A stretch of DNA of 64,000 nt, from positions 26,449 through 90,448 of the IMG/VR virus record IMGVR_UViG_3300036772_000557; one strand, given 5' to 3'. Positions 8,497 through 17,104 of this stretch are shown in pieces. The position numbers and the translations under genes are program-made. The DNA is from a virus. The number at the start of each line of letters is the position of its first letter. Position 1 is the stretch's first letter. The notes under the pieces are model-generated. The model saw only the letters and a program-made list of their open reading frames with translations, searched no databases and was not told the origin of the DNA.

Positions 8497-11217
8497 TCAA
8501 GCCGACGGCGGCGCCAAAGCGCTGGTCGGGTTGTATGGTGTGACTGTCGATCCGGTGCTCTGCCAGTAGGCGACGTCAGCCGCGGTGAGATCGCCGACAT
8601 AGCCGGGCACGTTCGGATCGATCGCGGCGGTTGGCTGAATGATTTGATAAAGGCTGGCCCCGGGCCTCGGCGTCGGCAGGGTGCCTGCATATGGGGTCAC
8701 GGTGACCCCCGTGAGGCCTTGCCAATAGGCAAGATTGGCCGGCGTAAGATCCCCGACATAGGTTGGCCCGGTCGGCTGAGTGATGAAATACAGCGCCGTC
8801 GCTGGGCTTATCGTGATCGTTTCGGTGGCCGAGCCGGTTTGCCCGGCCTCCGTCGCGGCGACGGAGAAGGCGGCCCCGGGGTCGACCGTAGCCAGGTTGC
8901 GGCTGAGCACGAGATAGGTGGTGACCCCGAGGGGCAGGCCGGTCGGAGCCGTGTACGGGACGATGTTTGAACCGGTGCCCTGCCACCAGGCGACATCTGC
9001 CGCTGTCAAATCGCCGATATAGGCTGGCGCGCCGGGCTGGGGCTGGGTGATCTTATAGAGCGCCGCCCCCGGCCGCGGCGTCGGCAGGGTGCCGTTAAAA
9101 GGGGTGACCGTCGCGCTGGTGAGCTGCCACCATAGCAGGTTGCGCGGGGACAGCGCGCTAACGTAGGCCGGGCCGATTGGCTGGGTGATGCTGTAGAGGG
9201 CGGTGCCAGGCGGTGTGGTCAGGACCGGGACGGCGCTGCTGGCAGTCAGGTAATTGGTTGACCCGGCGAAAGATACCGACAGCGTCCCGGTAAATGCTGA
9301 CCCGTCGCTCATGCGGACCGAGACCGACGCGATGACTGTCCCGGCCGTCGAATTGGCCGCAATAGACACAGTCGCGGGCGTGAGGAGCACGCTCGGCACC
9401 GGAAGCCTCGCGGGGGGTGGCGGCGTCGTACCACCGCCGCCGGCGCCGGGACCACCGCCGCCGGTAGGCGGAGGCGGCGGCGTCATATAAGGCGGTGGCA
9501 AGGGCAGCGGGGTAGGCGCTGCGGGCACTGTGCCGAGGACCCCCCATAACTGCAATGTGGCCGGACCGCCACCGATGGCGCGAATCGCCGAGACGATGCG
9601 GAACGTCCCGGTGACCATCATGTAATCGAGCTCGACCGTGTCGTAGAGGATGATGTCTTCGGGGCGCATCCACGCGGTCACATCAAACACGGTGCGGTTG
9701 CCGCCCCATGCCGCGATCAGCCGCGTCTGCTCGTTGGCGGCATCGGTCGGCAAGGGGCTGGTGCCAGCGAGGAGCGGGACATCCACCGCCCGGGGCTCGA
9801 GGGCGAGCGCGTTGGGGTTCTCGTAGTGCGGCTCGTAGACCAGGCCCGGCGCCGACCATTTTGCAATGTCGGTTTGCAGCACAGCGTCGTCGAAGGAGCT
9901 CTCGGGTTGCCAGTTGCGCTGCGAGCCCACGCGGAGCCGCCACGCGAGGGGCTGGATCGTATTGAGCGCGATGCTGGCGATCTCGACTTCGGTCAGCTTG
10001 TAGCTAGCCGTGACGGCCGGCGCCGCAATCGCCGCTCCCGTCGCCCGGCCGAGCGGGTTGAACCCCCACCAACACCCGGCCGCGTTCACAAAATCATCGA
10101 TTGCGGCGAGGCGATTGACCGGTGTCGTAGTCGTGACGAGGCTGGCCAGTTGGTTTGCGGTCGCAAGATCGAGCGCGGCCAGAGCCGTCGCGTCGACCAG
10201 GCCGCCCGCGAACTGGACGACCGCCGTGATCAATTGGCCGACCGTGTAGGACGCGGCCACCCCGTCCGCCCGAACATCCTGCCCTTGTGGCGGCGAGCCG
10301 AGCTGGATGCGCTGCGGGACGCCCGCGATCGAGATTGGCGACCATTGCCCAGGCTGGGGCGGCGCGATCACCTCCGTCCACGGCACGCCGCCGACCCTGA
10401 CCTCATTGATCGTGGTGAGACCTTGCGGCAGCGATTGCAGTTCGTAGAGTTGCTGTGTCTCATCGACAATGACTGGCTGCGCCGAAAAGAACGCGCCCCG
10501 CGCCGTCGGCTTGGGCTTGCCTTGCAGCGCGACCGGAAACGTCACATCGTAAAAATTGGTGACCAGCGGGTTGTCGATGTCGAGGCTGGCGTCGGTCGTC
10601 TGGACCGTCGCGACGAGCGTGTCGTGGGTCAGCCCGAGGATGCGTCCGACATAGACCGGGACCATGTCGGCGTCGACATCAGCGACGGGGACCAAAGGGT
10701 TCGGCGGGGTGCCCTCGTAGACCCGGAAGGTTCGACCGATCCAATGGTAGGCCGTCCATATCCAGATCGACTCGTCGATGTGGAACTGGATCGCGCCGCG
10801 GTTCGGCTGCGTGCGGACTGGCTGGCCGTAATCAGTGACGGTGATCGCGGCGCCGAGTTGGATCGGTAATCCGGTGAGGCGCGGGGAATATTCAAAGAGC
10901 GCGCCGCCGAGCGTGCGAGTGACGGTGCCGCGGTTGCAGAGCATAAGGGTGACCAGCGTGCCGCTATCGTCGAGAACATCGAATTCAACCGCGACATATG
11001 GACTGACGCGCGGTGGCGGTGGCGGCGATCGCGGCGCCGCTGGCGGGGGTGCTGGCAGCGACGGTGGGGGCGCCGGCAGCGGAGGCGGTGGCGCCGGCAC
11101 GGGTGGCGGCGCGGTCGGTGGCGCTGGCGTAGGCGCTGGCGTCGGCGTCGACTCGGGTGGTGGTGCGCCCGGCAGTGCTGGCGGCTGGGATGGTGGGGTT
11201 GGTGGGCCAATCGGCAT
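8497..11217 (-). CDS. Putative tail hub/tip protein with polyproline N-terminus, cadherin-like domain and four WQ repeats
   Basis: Located downstream of the tape measure and fibre genes; LQGKPKP..RG..F...P..VD motif; 906 aa. Confidence 0.7.
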   Translation of the reverse strand: MPIGPPTPPSQPPALPGAPPPESTPTPAPTPAPPTAPPPVPAPPPPLPAPPPSLPAPPPAAPRSPPPPPRVSPYVAVEFDVLDDSGTLVTLMLCNRGTVTRTLGGALFEYSPRLTGLPIQLGAAITVTDYGQPVRTQPNRGAIQFHIDESIWIWTAYHWIGRTFRVYEGTPPNPLVPVADVDADMVPVYVGRILGLTHDTLVATVQTTDASLDIDNPLVTNFYDVTFPVALQGKPKPTARGAFFSAQPVIVDETQQLYELQSLPQGLTTINEVRVGGVPWTEVIAPPQPGQWSPISIAGVPQRIQLGSPPQGQDVRADGVAASYTVGQLITAVVQFAGGLVDATALAALDLATANQLASLVTTTTPVNRLAAIDDFVNAAGCWWGFNPLGRATGAAIAAPAVTASYKLTEVEIASIALNTIQPLAWRLRVGSQRNWQPESSFDDAVLQTDIAKWSAPGLVYEPHYENPNALALEPRAVDVPLLAGTSPLPTDAANEQTRLIAAWGGNRTVFDVTAWMRPEDIILYDTVELDYMMVTGTFRIVSAIRAIGGGPATLQLWGVLGTVPAAPTPLPLPPPYMTPPPPPTGGGGPGAGGGGTTPPPPARLPVPSVLLTPATVSIAANSTAGTVIASVSVRMSDGSAFTGTLSVSFAGSTNYLTASSAVPVLTTPPGTALYSITQPIGPAYVSALSPRNLLWWQLTSATVTPFNGTLPTPRPGAALYKITQPQPGAPAYIGDLTAADVAWWQGTGSNIVPYTAPTGLPLGVTTYLVLSRNLATVDPGAAFSVAATEAGQTGSATETITISPATALYFITQPTGPTYVGDLTPANLAYWQGLTGVTVTPYAGTLPTPRPGASLYQIIQPTAAIDPNVPGYVGDLTAADVAYWQSTGSTVTPYNPTSALAPPSA

Positions 11218-11329
11218 AGATCGGCCTCCGCCACAGCCGTCGCCTTGCCGGGATTTGCTAAATTGCGCAAAAAGCGCAAACTGAAAGAGCGTCGAATTCG
11301 ACGCTGTTTGGGGTGGTACCCCGCGCGGG

Positions 11330-11360
11330 GTTTAAATACGTTTAAATACGTTTAAATACG
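11330..11360. repeat. 10-bp tandem repeat (GTTTAAATAC)x3 overlapping the stop of 11352..12899
   Basis: Seen directly in the sequence. Confidence 0.9.
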
Positions 11361-12899
11361 GTCGATCGCGTCAATCACTACAAGCAAATCGGTACCGCCT
11401 CCGCTATCGCCGACGAACCCGGTGTAAGGGTTGGAATAAACCCAAACCGCGGTGCCATCCATGGTGGTGGCGCCTATGCCAGACGTGTTCCAGGCCGGCT
11501 CTGTCAGGCCTGTCACCCCAGTGGTGAAAAGGCCGAACACAGATGAGCGCGCGCTGTCTGTTATCACCGTCCCCCGGTTGACGAAGTGGCTTCCCCCAAT
11601 CGTAGGCTCGGTCCAGCTCGGCGGTCTGGTATAAAACGGCGCGACATAAAAGCTCGTGCCGACATATTCCCAGGTAACTGTATGATCGACGGTCGATGCG
11701 CCGACTGCGCTCGTGTCCCAGATGGGTTCCACGGAGCCCGTATTACCTGTCTTGGTACAAGCAAAGATATGTAAGCGGCTGGCGTCGGTGACAAAGATGG
11801 ACGTGCTCAAGATTCCTTGCCCCCCGCCGTAGACCCGCCAGAGCGGCGGATTGTTCGAGGGAAAATCTAGCGGCGGCCCGGTGTTCCCAGCTGCCGCAAT
11901 GTCGCCGGCCGAATTGAGGTCGATCGTGAAGATCATGTATTGATTGAGATTGAAGAAGAGACCTCCCAGCGCAGGGAATAACCCTGAAAATACGGGGTTA
12001 GGATAGAGTTGCACGGCATCGGCGCCGAGCGGCTTATAGGCGCGATCGGGTGTCACATAACAAATGAATACGGTGCTTTGGTCGCCCTGCGTGGCCACAG
12101 GAAAGGATGGAAGCGAGCTGCCGGCAGTAGATATTTGAGATGCCGGCAGCCCTGGATCGGCGTCAAAGTCACCGGCGTTTTGCAGCGACCATACGGTGAC
12201 GTGCGGGACGAATGCGGAGCTGCTGAATACGGCGGTGACCTGCAGCGTCGTGCCGGCGGCGAGGCCGCTGCAATCGGCCCACCAAGTCTCGAAATTAATT
12301 CCCTGATTGCCGCCGAGATCAGTCGAAAACAGTGACGCGGTGTAGGCGCTGCGCTGGTGCCACGTCAGCCCTTGCGTGTCCGACACACCTGTCACTGTCG
12401 GTGCCGTGGATCCAGCGGGAGGCAAGCCTTCGGTGTAGATAAAACACAGGAGCCGGGTAGGAGTTTTGAAATTGCCGATCCCGAAATCCACTGTATTTAG
12501 GCGGATGGTCAAGGTCGCCGTGGTCAGCGATGATGCGATCGGGCCAGGTGGAGGATCCGTCGATGCGTCCTGACCTGCATCAACCCTGTCCCACCATTTG
12601 ATCCGGTAGGATTTTTGGAGCGGATTGGTGCACAGGCACACGACCACCCAATCGTTATTAGCCCCATCGGCTAATAGGTGAGCGCTCCCACCGGAGTCCC
12701 GCATGCCAAGGCTGGGTAGGCCACCGATGGTTCCGCTATTGGGAAAGATGGTATGGAAGTCGCCGTTGTTCTCTGTGGTCTTGACGACGAGTTCGTAGCC
12801 ATTGCACGTATTCGCCGCTGGTATAACGGTTGTTTTACGCCCTAAATCGGTCGACCGCCACACTACCGCTGTTTCGGGCTTGGTGAGCCTTACTGTCAT
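11352..12899 (-). CDS. Putative tail fibre/receptor-binding protein
   Basis: N-domain paralogous to 12896..13186; two G.T...EP.W.TS..GA.T.D.T..W motifs; lower GC than the flanks. Confidence 0.7.
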   Translation of the reverse strand: MTVRLTKPETAVVWRSTDLGRKTTVIPAANTCNGYELVVKTTENNGDFHTIFPNSGTIGGLPSLGMRDSGGSAHLLADGANNDWVVVCLCTNPLQKSYRIKWWDRVDAGQDASTDPPPGPIASSLTTATLTIRLNTVDFGIGNFKTPTRLLCFIYTEGLPPAGSTAPTVTGVSDTQGLTWHQRSAYTASLFSTDLGGNQGINFETWWADCSGLAAGTTLQVTAVFSSSAFVPHVTVWSLQNAGDFDADPGLPASQISTAGSSLPSFPVATQGDQSTVFICYVTPDRAYKPLGADAVQLYPNPVFSGLFPALGGLFFNLNQYMIFTIDLNSAGDIAAAGNTGPPLDFPSNNPPLWRVYGGGQGILSTSIFVTDASRLHIFACTKTGNTGSVEPIWDTSAVGASTVDHTVTWEYVGTSFYVAPFYTRPPSWTEPTIGGSHFVNRGTVITDSARSSVFGLFTTGVTGLTEPAWNTSGIGATTMDGTAVWVYSNPYTGFVGDSGGGTDLLVVIDAIDRI

Positions 12900-13186
12900 A
12901 CCCTGGTGTTTCCGCAGAGACAGACCACGATCCAGTCGGTGTGCGCGGCGTCGCTTAACAGGCTGAGGCTACCGCCTCGGTCGATAAAGCTGTAGGACGA
13001 GACACCTTCGATCGTCCCAGACGTCGGGGTCACCGTGTGTGTGTCTCCGTTATTTCGCGGGGTGATGACGTCGAGGGCGTAGCCTTTGTTAGCCGAGGAG
13101 GAACCGGGGATCGACGTGCTTTTGGCGCCGGCGGCGGCCGACCTCCAGACCACGGCGGTTTTTACCTTCGATAGAGCTACCGTCAT
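12896..13186 (-). CDS. Small fibre-associated protein, paralogue of the 11352..12899 N-terminus
   Basis: Shared TAVVWRS...GY.L...NNGD.HT..P.SGTI.G...D.GGS..LL.D....DW.VVCLC. Confidence 0.75.
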   Translation of the reverse strand: MTVALSKVKTAVVWRSAAAGAKSTSIPGSSSANKGYALDVITPRNNGDTHTVTPTSGTIEGVSSYSFIDRGGSLSLLSDAAHTDWIVVCLCGNTRV

Positions 13187-13716
13187 ACGGATGTGCCGGA
13201 ATTGACGTCCTGCATATCCCAGGTGTCGTCATCAGTGCCGCTGCCGCTGCCCGAGGTGATTGTCGCTGGGCACCATTCGCCGGTCGCCGCGTCGTAAGCC
13301 AGGACCTGCCCGTTGGTCGGCGCCGTATTACACAGCGCCAGCCCCTGTACGAGGGCATGCACGAGAACGCGAGTGCGGCCGCTCCAGTTGATCGGGTTGT
13401 TGCCGTTGCTGGATCCGAGAATGATCATCCGGCTGAGAGTGCCGGCGGCAGCATTGAAGGAGCCGATGACGTATTCGGTATTAGAGCTGTGGTCAGATGC
13501 CCGATAGACTACGGTCGCGCCGTCGCCATAAGAAGCGCTGAACGTCTTCCAGCTGCCAACCGCGCCCGCCAGCATGTAAGGCCCGGTCCCTGTGGAGTAG
13601 CTGTATTCGTAGACGACAGCGGAGTCGGCGAGCGGCGGGATCTTGGCGCCCGGAACCGGCGTGGTCGCCGCCGGCGCAATCGCAGCACTGCCGACGGGAG
13701 GATCGAGAACAGCCAT
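13183..13716 (-). CDS. Tail fibre anchor-domain protein
   Basis: TGTG.Y.L.GA...F...YG.GA.V.Y.A.D....E...G.....R..IL.SSN....NW motif, paralogous to the 16168..17100 N-terminus. Confidence 0.7.
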   Translation of the reverse strand: MAVLDPPVGSAAIAPAATTPVPGAKIPPLADSAVVYEYSYSTGTGPYMLAGAVGSWKTFSASYGDGATVVYRASDHSSNTEYVIGSFNAAAGTLSRMIILGSSNGNNPINWSGRTRVLVHALVQGLALCNTAPTNGQVLAYDAATGEWCPATITSGSGSGTDDDTWDMQDVNSGTSV

Positions 13717-13718
13717 GG

Positions 13719-14192
13719 TTACTGACTGACGTCCAGAAGCATCAGGGAACCCGGGACGCCGCCAGCGCCCGCGACGCCATCGATCACTGCATACGAATTG
13801 AGCTTGGAAGCAAACTCGCCTTGCGATAGCACGGCATAGCCGTTCAGTTTTGATGCTTTCTCGTCACCACCCAGCACGGCATAACTATTGATCTTAGAAG
13901 CATTTTCGGCTCCGATAGGCTGCATCACGGCATATCCGTTTAGCTTGGAAAGGTACTCTCCCTGCCCCAGCACAGCGTAGCCATTAATCTTCGAGGCACG
14001 CTCATCAATCGCGTTCAGAACGGCGGACCCCATGATCTTCGACGCGCGCTCATCAATCGGCTGCAGGACCGCATAGCTAGTGATCTTCGATGCGCACTCT
14101 GCTGCGCTACAGACGGCTTCTGCCGGATTGCTGTGTATGATGGCGGCGAGCAAGGGCCCGGCCAGCAGTGCGCGACGCAGCCACACTGACAT
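13719..14192 (-). CDS. Secreted repeat protein with 7 x ASK(I/L)N(G/S)YAV(L/M/I)
   Basis: Signal-like N-terminus ending PAEA; 15-17 aa imperfect repeats. Confidence 0.8.
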   Translation of the reverse strand: MSVWLRRALLAGPLLAAIIHSNPAEAVCSAAECASKITSYAVLQPIDERASKIMGSAVLNAIDERASKINGYAVLGQGEYLSKLNGYAVMQPIGAENASKINSYAVLGGDEKASKLNGYAVLSQGEFASKLNSYAVIDGVAGAGGVPGSLMLLDVSQ

Positions 14193-14207
14193 ATCTTGTG
14201 CTCGTGG

Positions 14208-15314
14208 TTACGGCGTGCTCTCGATGCCGAGATTAAAGCCGCTCGCGACATCCGTGATCGCCCACGCAGCCGAGGTGTGCGGGTTTGTCGCCCAGATCTG
14301 ATTAGAGAAATTGGCGAAGGCTCCGACCGTCGGCGTGACCGTACCGGTCACATGATCGGATCCATCCTTGGTTCTTACCAGCCATTCGAAGGTTTGCGGC
14401 CCGGTCGTGCTCGTCTCGACCCGGGCCTCCTGTACGATCGCCAGCAAATTCCATGTTCCGGTCGGCGTGCTTGTGGGCGTCGTCCATTCGCTTAGCTGGC
14501 TCGACGAGGTGCTGCTGACGAAATTCGAATCAGTGATCGCCGTCGGATTGACGTTGCCGACGGTGTTCGGGGTCCAAGATTGTGTGTTCCCCGCTGCCTG
14601 CGGTGACAGGGTCCACAGCGCCATGCCGCGCGTATCGCTGTCGGCGACGATGACCTCTGACCATTGTGTGGCTGTCACCGTGCTGCCTTGGTTATTAAGG
14701 CTAGCTAACTCGACTTGATTGAGTTGGGTCGCCGCATCGGTACAGATGCTAGCGCCAGTGAAGGTTATGACCTGCGTGCCCGCGAGATACAGGTTCACCT
14801 GATCGCCGGCCGTGCACCCGTACACGATCTGCAGATCGATCGATGTGGTTGCCGTCGTAAGGTTGCCCGACGCGGTCGCCAGATCGGTGATGGTCCCGGC
14901 GGCGTTCCTCTTCGATACCTTCAGCTGTCCATTCGTACCCGTCTGCCGAACAACGATACGAGAAACCCCATCCGGGCTCCGGAAAAGGATGCCCTGCTCG
15001 TTGGCCGTCGTGGTGATACCGCCGTTGTTTTCGTTCACCTCTGCGTGAAACCACAGCGACGAGTTCGAAGTGAATGTCGGGGCCTGCATCCGGTTCGCCG
15101 GCGGGTCGGCGACCGTGGTGCTATTCTGTGTGGCGATGGAAGCCCTGGCGTACGAGCTCCGAAACTCGGAGGAAGTCCGCACGCCAATGGCCGCACCTAC
15201 GGCAGTAAAGCTGGTGTCCTCTCCTCCCGCGAAATATACGGTGACCGCGTTTGCGGCCGCTATCGGCAGCGTAAGAGCAGCTACTAGAATAAGGGCCTTC
15301 AACCCGCGCAGCAT
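14208..15314 (-). CDS. Secreted beta-sandwich protein (putative lectin/structural)
   Basis: MLRGLKALILVAALTLPIAAANA signal with GGAG RBS; Thr/Ser-rich beta protein. Confidence 0.7.
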   Translation of the reverse strand: MLRGLKALILVAALTLPIAAANAVTVYFAGGEDTSFTAVGAAIGVRTSSEFRSSYARASIATQNSTTVADPPANRMQAPTFTSNSSLWFHAEVNENNGGITTTANEQGILFRSPDGVSRIVVRQTGTNGQLKVSKRNAAGTITDLATASGNLTTATTSIDLQIVYGCTAGDQVNLYLAGTQVITFTGASICTDAATQLNQVELASLNNQGSTVTATQWSEVIVADSDTRGMALWTLSPQAAGNTQSWTPNTVGNVNPTAITDSNFVSSTSSSQLSEWTTPTSTPTGTWNLLAIVQEARVETSTTGPQTFEWLVRTKDGSDHVTGTVTPTVGAFANFSNQIWATNPHTSAAWAITDVASGFNLGIESTP

Positions 15315-15325
15315 TAGCAAGGCTC

Positions 15326-16168
15326 CTAATATTGATCGTAGAAAACGCCGAAATCCAGCGGGCCGGTCGAACTCGTATTCACGCAAAGCTGGTTGCTCGC
15401 GCCGGTGTTGAGGCCGCGGTAGAAGGCATTCGAGGCCTTGGCGGTCATGTTTGCCGTGGCTTGATGGAGGATGCCGATCTGCGTCAGCCCTCCGCACGTT
15501 CCCGACGTGCCTTTCTCAAGGAAGAAGTTTACGGCCCCGCCCGCCGAGAACTCGAAATCGCAGACGAAAATATTCGTCGATCCAGATGCGGCCAGCACTT
15601 GGGTGTCCGTCGCGCTGGTGATATGCACGAATTTGTAAGACCCGCACACATGAGCCTGTGCGTCGGCGTTGCCCGTGCTGAAATAAGAACGAGTGTTGAG
15701 CTTCGAACTCGACACAGCTCCTGCGAGAATATCGCCGCCTACGGTATAGGCGATGGTCGATCCGGAACCGGCCTCGCCGTGAACAGTCAGGGTGCCGGCG
15801 CTATAGGCGGTCAGGTTGAGCCGCACCTTTTGCAGGCCGCCGGCGGCGATGAGCCATTGGCCGGCGGTCGCGCTCAAGGTGCTGTTGACAAAGGCGAGTG
15901 GCGGGGTCGCCGTGGGATCCGCGTATGAAACGGTGAACCAATGCGTCCCGTCAGAGGTGCCCTGAAAATTATAGGTGAGCCCGCTCGCGCCGCTGCTCGA
16001 CAGGTTGAAGCTGACCGTGCCGGCCCCATTCGTCAGAAGGGCGCATGTGCCGGTGCCGGTCAGGGTGCAGTCTACCGTCGCATCGTTGTTTAACGTCGGG
16101 AGATTGGTCGCGAGCGCCGCTGACGCGCTCAGTAGAAGCATCAGCGCGCCGAAGATCAGATTGCGCAT
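15326..16168 (-). CDS. Secreted two-domain beta protein (putative structural)
   Basis: MRNLIFGALMLLLSASAALA signal; TGATG coupling to the upstream gene; Cys pairs. Confidence 0.7.
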   Translation of the reverse strand: MRNLIFGALMLLLSASAALATNLPTLNNDATVDCTLTGTGTCALLTNGAGTVSFNLSSSGASGLTYNFQGTSDGTHWFTVSYADPTATPPLAFVNSTLSATAGQWLIAAGGLQKVRLNLTAYSAGTLTVHGEAGSGSTIAYTVGGDILAGAVSSSKLNTRSYFSTGNADAQAHVCGSYKFVHITSATDTQVLAASGSTNIFVCDFEFSAGGAVNFFLEKGTSGTCGGLTQIGILHQATANMTAKASNAFYRGLNTGASNQLCVNTSSTGPLDFGVFYDQY

Positions 16169-17100
16169 CAACGGACTATCCACGTGTTGAGCGCGGCAAT
16201 CGCGCGCAATGACAAATTGCCGTAGGGCGAAGCGAGCCCTATTGTGGCCTGGGAGCCAAGGCCGGCGGCAGTGATCGTCCCGGTGCCGCCTGGCGTAATC
16301 GTTATCGGGTGAGCGCCTGAGTCGCCGAAATAGTCAAAAATGTCGAGATCATAGCCGTCATAGGCGGTCGGGTCGGGAATGCCCTGGCTCTTAGCGGCGC
16401 CCGAGCTGCTCTCCCAGGTGATCTGGGTGCGAGGCGCCGACAGGGCCGAGAGAGTGTCGCTCGATCCGCTGCTCACGCGGTGGATGGTTATTCCTGCGTT
16501 GACATCAATGCGATCAATCTGCCGCCATACCGAAAGGTCCGACGCGTAGGTCGCGGAAGACCCTGGACTGTGCGAATATGCCGTCGAGACGCCGAAGTTC
16601 TCGATCTGATCGCCGGTGTGGGGCGTAGCGTTGCACGCCGCCGTCCCGGAATTCTTCAGCTTAACACAATAGCCTTGCGGCACGGTCGATAGCGCGGGCA
16701 GCGTAAAGGTGCCGGTCGAGGCGCCAGTGAAGACGAACGATGTACCCCAATCCTGCAGCAGGACGGATTTTGAGCCGGTGAACGTCGCGACATAGGCGCT
16801 GCCCGAAATATCCCAAGCAAAAATTTGCTTGGTCATGCCGGTCCAGTTGACGGCGCTGTTGGCGTTCGAGCTCAACAGAATGGTCGCCCGCGCGATCGTG
16901 TTGGGCGTGCCGAGGGTCAGCGTGCCTACACCGATCTCGAAGCCGAATTGATTGTCGGTGGCGCAATAGGGGACGACCGCTCCATTGCCGTAGACCGCAT
17001 TAAAGGCGCGGAATGGCCCGGTCGGCGCGTCGAGCGTATAGGCCCCCGTCCCAACCGTCGTCGTCGTCTGGAGGACGCGGTCGGGGACGAGTATGCTCAA
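16168..17100 (-). CDS. Tail fibre protein (N-terminal anchor DRV.QTTTT.GTG plus two beta domains)
   Basis: Common phage fibre N-terminal motif; directly follows the tape measure. Confidence 0.7.
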   Translation of the reverse strand: MSILVPDRVLQTTTTVGTGAYTLDAPTGPFRAFNAVYGNGAVVPYCATDNQFGFEIGVGTLTLGTPNTIARATILLSSNANSAVNWTGMTKQIFAWDISGSAYVATFTGSKSVLLQDWGTSFVFTGASTGTFTLPALSTVPQGYCVKLKNSGTAACNATPHTGDQIENFGVSTAYSHSPGSSATYASDLSVWRQIDRIDVNAGITIHRVSSGSSDTLSALSAPRTQITWESSSGAAKSQGIPDPTAYDGYDLDIFDYFGDSGAHPITITPGGTGTITAAGLGSQATIGLASPYGNLSLRAIAALNTWIVR

Positions 17101-17104
17101 TTGC

